A stretch of 62,729 nucleotides of DNA, counting the filler, from Callorhinchus milii (taxonomy: Eukaryota): NCBI RefSeq assembly GCF_018977255.1. It is 4 parts of 4 records of this genome, joined end to end, with 100 filler letters (N's around TTAATTAATTAA, not from the genome) between each part and the next. Parts side by side here need not be neighbours in the genome. Positions count along the whole stretch, not along the records: positions 58,061 to 62,729 come from NW_024704747.1; 3 more parts are not named here. The stretch is one strand, 5' to 3'. A program made the translations under genes and the position numbers. The notes beneath the pieces were generated by a model. That model did not search any database. It saw nothing but the letters and a program-made list of their open reading frames with translations, and was not told the origin of the DNA. Positions 59,885 to 62,729 of the stretch are shown in pieces (position 1 is the first letter of the stretch; each line of letters starts with the position of its first letter).

Positions 59885-62729
59885 TCAACGAAATAATTTC
59901 TTCAGTCGGGGAAAACATTCTGAAAAGTTACAAATGTTTTACAAACAGTGTAAAGTGTAAAAAGAAGCATTATTATCGAAGACGTGATACGGCGCTATAA
60001 TCAAGAGCAAGGATTACTATTATTATTATTATTAATTCTTTTATTTCAAATGAGCAACATGTTGATTAGAATCTCAAATCAAACTGATAATTTAACTGAC
60101 TTAAGAAAACTTCTTAAGCTGGGCAAGACTCATCGCACATAAATCTACAGAATCATAGAAATTTAAGAGTGCAGAATGAAGCCATTCAACTCATCGAGTC
60201 TGGATCAACTCTCAGAGCATTCCACTGCTCTGCTCTATTCCCGGTTCCCTGTCTACGTCCTCTTTGAAATGCACAATGGACTCTGGCTCTTGTACCTTAT
60301 TTGGTAGGACATTCCACATCCCAATAAATGAGTTCTCCTTACCCTCTTCCTTGTGACAATCTTGTATCTATGTCCTCTTGTCACTGATTCCCCTGTAAAA
60401 TCCAACAGTACAGTACTTAACAGATTCCAAAACACTCCAAACAGTATGTTGTAGGGATCCCTTGGGATAGAGATCATTGTCTATATTATATGCAAATAAA
60501 ATAAATGTTTAACATTTAACCTTTTCAAGCATTTTTTCAAACAACAACCTATTTTCATTTGGGCGTCGGAAGATAATTCATACCACATGTAAACAAATGA
60601 ATAGACACACTTGGAAATGTGCCTCGACAAAGATAGACATATCATGACATGTTTTTTGAGTGTATTGTTTCAATAACAGATTACACAGTTGAAAGTCGGA
60701 CAACACAAGAGGCCTCGCTTTTAGGTTAACCACAAGACTCAGAAAAAAAAACATTCCTTGCATTTGATTTCTACATTTAGTTTAACTTTAAGGTTTATAG
60801 ATATTCTGTTGGCTGCATTGATCATTTGGGACCTTGAGCACATTTTAGGATTACTCAGATTCTACCTTGTAAACAAACAGGATAAAGGATTTTAAGAGAG
60901 TTGGCAACATTATTTTGCCTGTGCATGTGTAGGATTACTAGGGTAAAAGACTGGGCATTGTATGGACTTTAAAGGATAACTCCAGAGTTAGAAACTATTT
61001 TTATTTACCCCAGATGTGAATACATCATAAAAAATAGCATTATGAACAGCTGTAGATAGTTGCTATTATTTCTTTTTATCAAGGTAAGTTTTGTACTTGG
61101 ATCGGAAAGGTTAATGTTTGACATTAAAGCATGTATTGCCAACACTAGTACAGTTTTTATCAAAGGGGCTTTTGTTCCTGGCCATCTAACCTCATACACT
61201 TTTTAAATATTTTCTGTCTGTCTCAGCATTTTTGAAACCCTGGAGACCTCCTGTTTCTACCACAAGCAGCTCCTGCAATGGTTTGATGGATAAACTTGAT
61301 TGACCCCTTCTGAATTCAGCCATTCAGCAGTTTAGATCGGAACACCAAACTACAGTAGTCAGATTACCACTTTATGTTGATTTTAAGTTTCTTTTAGCAC
61401 ACAACAANTTTTTTAGGTATTTTCCTTTAAACGGTCTTTTGAAAAGCAAACCATTTGAGCAGAACACTTTTGCAAACATATGCTGGACAATGTATCCATA
61501 AAATCCAGTTTCATTTAACATTTCCGCCACAAGTTCTCTTTTTTGCATCAGGCTTGTTTAAACTGGAAAAACATCATACAAATTCTATTAACATATTGAG
61601 GCACTGTATAGGTATTATTCAGTAAAATTCACTTTTTATGCTTCCGAGCTTTAATGACTTTAGTTTGCAGAACCTTAACAGCCGGCCCTGCTTTCCTGCA
61701 TTCTAACAATATGTTACTTTTTTTTTCTTTCTTGCACTTCAACCAATTTGCCCTTTTTAAAACGCATAGAAATTATCAGCAAAGGTTTAGAAGATTTTTT
61801 TTAAAATCAGTTTTTTAAGCAAAAGGTCCCTAGCTGCTAAGATTACCCTGAAGTCTCATGATTCTACAATCCTAAAGCACTCCCTGTAGTGTGCCTCCCA
61901 TTGCTGTGTCCCATAGGCAGTGGAGGTGATGCTTTGTACTTTATGTGTCATAGGTACAGGACTTAATTAAAACTTAAAGCTTTGCCAATCCAGAACTAAT
62001 GTATTAAATAAGGAATGCGACGCCTGAGAAGTTCTGTAAGTAAAAAAAAACTTAAAATATCTCATGGCTTGAAAAGGATTATCTCCTGTGAAGTTTAAGA
62101 TACATTAACTAATTCTTTGCAAGCTTTCTGGATGGGCAGTGGTGATGGGGAGGACAACTTTAAGTCCAATGCATATTTCTCCTGGAGTAACATTTTTTTT
62201 AAACTCATCAAACAGAACAAAGCCTGAACAATATCAATCGCAAAATCCAATTGTGATTTAAGACAAGAGGAAAATTGTGAAGGATATGAGAGAATCAGAA
62301 TGGGAAAGTGAAATTGGAGTTGAATAGATCAGATTGTATTTATTACTTGTTAGGAAACTATTGCTTTCTCCTATATTGTTGGATAACTGTAGAGATATTT
62401 ATGTTATGTCTAAAGTAACCCATGTGTAAATAAAACCAAAAAAACAAGCTCTTTGTGCTTGAACAGCACACACCACCATCATATTGTCACAGTTTAATCC
62501 ACCAGATGGGGCAATTGTTTAATCAGACCACGAAAATACTAGAAATACAGTGTATGTTATGTTAATGTAAGAGGTAGTTGGAACCAAAGATGAAACATTG
62601 CATAAGCAAGGAATGCAATAGACAAGATGGTTTTCTAACCTATGCTTCTTGGCATCACAATGTTTAAATATTGTAATGGTGGGTCATTTATAAGCACTAG
62701 AATGGTTTCTATGTATTTTTTTTCGAGAG

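Noticed and set aside
60000-62729. Possible decayed coding element on the minus strand
   Set aside because: Short peptide-like pieces with stops and no motif I can assign; left unannotated.

Overview
Vertebrate genomic DNA with a cartilaginous-fish cluster-type immunoglobulin heavy-chain (IgM) organisation; a holocephalan (chimaera) is my best guess, inferred from gene structure and repeat content. The window is four contigs joined by three artificial 100-bp spacers (N44-TTAATTAATTAA-N44 at 19366, 41930, 57961). It contains: (A) a GPR139-like GPCR exon; (B) a headless + strand IgM constant region (Cmu3, Cmu4/secretory tail, broken membrane form); (C) a conventional minus-strand VH with leader, promoter and 23-RSS, whose D/J/C fall in a gap; (D) the TM1/TM2 end of another minus-strand IgM cluster; (E) a gap-free + strand cluster V-D1-D2-D3-J-Cmu3-Cmu4-TM1-TM2. 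Cluster E is the main result. It looks like an IgM-derived heavy-chain-only antibody gene: FR2 reads WYRQLPGKQQEN (V37Y, G44Q, L45Q, W47N relative to the conventional paralogue in the same window), J reads YKGQG (W103K), no Cmu1 or Cmu2 exon is recognisable between J and Cmu3, and a third D was created by tandem duplication of the D2-J interval. The rest is tRNA-headed SINEs, L2 and CR1 LINE fragments, a Penelope-like tail with a dead hammerhead motif, simple repeats, two CpG islands and paralogous 3' flanks with conserved enhancer-like motifs. All family assignments are by motif recognition without database searches, and repeat boundaries are approximate.
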